DNA of 64,000 nt from Carcharhinus amblyrhynchos (Eukaryota): assembly GCA_965287045.1 (NCBI GenBank), contig OZ336905.1, positions 12,834,001-12,898,000 on the forward strand, written 5' to 3'. This document shows positions 61,321 to 64,000 of the stretch, piece after piece. The notes beneath the pieces were generated by a model. It was not told where the DNA came from. It saw nothing but the letters and a program-made list of their open reading frames with translations, and did no database searches. Position numbers and translations under genes: made by a program. Numbering within the stretch: the stretch's first letter is position 1; every line of letters begins with the position of its first letter.

Positions 61321-64000
61321 GTTAAAATCAGCCAAGATTTCCATTTATAATTATTTTCTTAATTTTAGTGAGGTTTGGATACTAGCAGTTAAATAATTTG
61401 CTATTTAGATTTCAAGAAGGAATTTTGTTTAAATAAAGATCTGCCCATTTTCGATCTAGTGATGAATCAAAGCTAAACATTTTCAATACTCCCCCCAGTA
61501 TGAGTTAAATTTAGGGACTACTTGGTGATAATATTAGCTTTTAGAGCTCAAGTTCCACCCCTCACAACGATTGCTTTGTATAAGCCAGTGAACTAAAAAG
61601 GGGAATGTACTTGAGAGTACAGTCCATAAGAGGAGAGTACCAGTGGGCAATAAACTGCCAGTACTCAAACCAGACTAGTGACCGCATATTCACCAGGGTC
61701 AGGGCCTGTCAGGGAGGTGGACTTTACAATACTGGCATGTCAATATTCAGACTTAATCTATAATCTCTGCAGAGTACCTGCAAAGTGTCAATGCTGTTCC
61801 ACTTGCCTCTGGAACGTGTAACATTATTTGAAGCTTGTGTTTTGTACGCAAAAGTTTAAATACAGGACTAGCCATTACTTTTTGAAACAGGAATGGAATT
61901 GTGCAGTCTAACTTTGTTTAGCACAATTCTCACCAACTTTCTGAGGAAGTAACAAATTGGGGCCAATTTTATCATAGACTTGCCTTTTCGTCACAACATA
62001 GAAAAACAGCATTATTAATCTCAATATATAATTTATCAATAAATTTAATTTATCTTGTGGTGAGAAAGAAGAAGTGCTATGTAAGTGGCTCTGGCTAAGT
62101 CCACAACTGGAAACAACCTGTCCACACAGTGAAAGGTGTATGACTGAAAGCAATCAATTTTTTAAAGCCACACATTAAGAAGCCAAGCAACAAAAACAAA
62201 CATAAAAAATAAACAGCTCAACTCTAGAATAGGATCTCCCCCCGCCCACCACCACAAACACTTCCTTCCCTATTTAACCCTTTAGAGTGCCACACATCCT
62301 TCTTGAGCTAGGAATGCAGAGTTGTCTCTAGCCATTTCCACATTGGTTGGCTGGAGTTACATTCTGCAAAGCACTTTACAGAGCTATCTCCAACAGAACT
62401 TAGCACACCCAAGACATATGGCTGTCCTGGTAAACTTAAGTCTGCTAGATTGCGAAACAAAGGTTACTTCACTTTTTCCTCAAACCTTTTTTCAAAAATT
62501 TGCCTTTACCTACTAAAAAACAGGTTGAAAATTAATAGATCATTGAGTCTAATTCTTTGTGTGCACATTTCTTTCTTAATGCTTTAGTTCTACTTCAAAC
62601 AATCTGCCAGTTCTCAACAGTTTATCGCACTCTAACTAGTACCCCAGTTGAGCATGCTATTTTCACACACGCTGGGAAACCTTTACATGAACTGTTAAAG
62701 ATTTTGCAGGTTACTTTGAAGGAAAATATGAAAAAGAAATCCAACAAAAAACCCACTTGCACTGAAACTATGATAAAAATTCGAAAGAAGATATGCACCG
62801 TGCCACCATACTCCACAGAAACCATGCACAGGGCAACAGTCAACACAAATTCTACTGAAGCTCTGCACTAATCACAATTAACACAATTTCACCTTAATTT
62901 TTACAACCATGACGCCATCTCATTGGCACACAACAAATAAATCACTTGCTAATTACTGGGAATTTCAATTAACAGCTGCCAATTCAGTTCCTTGTGCCTG
63001 GCTTGGCTGGGATACAATAGCATCAACTCCCCAAACGCATTAATATACTTTGTTCTGTACCAGTGATACTGATCATTCTTACATGCCCAATAAAAACCTC
63101 TTATAACCCAGTTTTCACCCTCCTCTGTTGACAGCACTTCACATTTGCTGGTTTACAGTATTTGGATGCTGACAACCCTCCAGTAATTCATTCCAAGCAG
63201 CCATTGTTCATACTAAAGTTCTGCAGACAATTCAACATTAGAGCTGATTACAATGTTGACCTCACTCAAAATCTGCAAGTACACACTTTCCACTGGGGTT
63301 GAGAGCTACTGGTGGTGATCAGCAGCGAGAATAACGTGGAACCAACTGCAACCCACCTGAGGTCAGCTTAGTAAGCACAGGCCAGACATTAAATTTATGG
63401 CCCATTACTCTGTAAGACTCAGGATCACACCACAGGGTGTTGCATTTATCAACGTGGACATCAGGAACCAACATAATACTTTTTACATAGCAGACTGGAA
63501 ATCTTTTGAACAAGTTGTTAAGTCAGTTACAAATATATATTGAGGAGCAAACAAAATTCATCTTTTGCAGATTTTGCCACTTGTCACCACAGATGGAATT
63601 TGGTTCAAGAATCAGTGACGTGCATTGTACATGCTTAGACTACCAATAGTCACTGGGAAAACGCCCACGCCTTAACATATTTTTATTCTAGTTACTACAC
63701 CTTCATAACAATACAAATATTTGACTAAGTATAAAATATGACGCAGGACAATCTGTGGTCACGATTGTTACTTTGGAGATATTTTGTGAATGCAAACTGA
63801 TTTTCACATGCATTTTACAGATAAATTTCAGAAAATTAAAAAGGCAGGAAAGTAAAAAAAATCTTCATTGGTTTTTATGTTCACAAATGCTAAAAATATT
63901 TAGCACTTGACCAGTAACCTGCTGAATAGACTGGTGATGTCATGTGAATATCTTCTACGAAAACGCAAGCAGACATACAAGCACCCAGGTACAAACTACT

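Noticed and set aside
201-63513. The many 60-130 aa ORFs in the track outside the listed exons
   Set aside because: They are SINE/LINE fragments, antisense shadows of exons or chance ORFs, without splice or homology support.
60493-64000. Expected upstream KMT2D exon (approx. human exon 24)
   Set aside because: I could not identify a segment with convincing splice sites and homology. It may lie beyond the window or be too diverged to see.

Overview
This window is eukaryotic genomic DNA, not prokaryotic. HE1/V-SINEs, CR1/L2 LINEs and Penelope-like elements point to a shark or other elasmobranch. The whole 64 kb lies inside one minus-strand gene, KMT2D (MLL4/MLL2, an H3K4 methyltransferase). 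I traced 16 consecutive coding exons with canonical GT-AG junctions and a continuous reading frame, from 60492 down to 1498. They correspond approximately to human exons 25-40 (HMG-like box, LXXLL motifs, coiled coil, Q-rich region). The PHD-finger N-terminus and the FYRN/FYRC/SET C-terminus lie outside the window. The standout feature is a 6000-nt exon (2991-8990), about twice my recalled length of its human counterpart. It carries a ~2.25-kb, frame-preserving, block-structured coding minisatellite (27/36/39-bp units encoding GxGQQPQQQGA[V/G]) inside the Q-rich prion-like region. The introns hold two Penelope-like retroelements with inverted pseudo-LTRs, target-site duplications and minimal hammerhead ribozyme cores. 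They also hold a tRNA-Arg(CCG) pseudogene split by a SINE next to a 5S rRNA pseudogene, a solo LTR nested in a CR1, and several short local duplications, one of which looks like a templated insertion replacing a CR1 interior. All calls were made by eye; comparisons with human KMT2D and repeat consensuses come from memory and need confirming by alignment.
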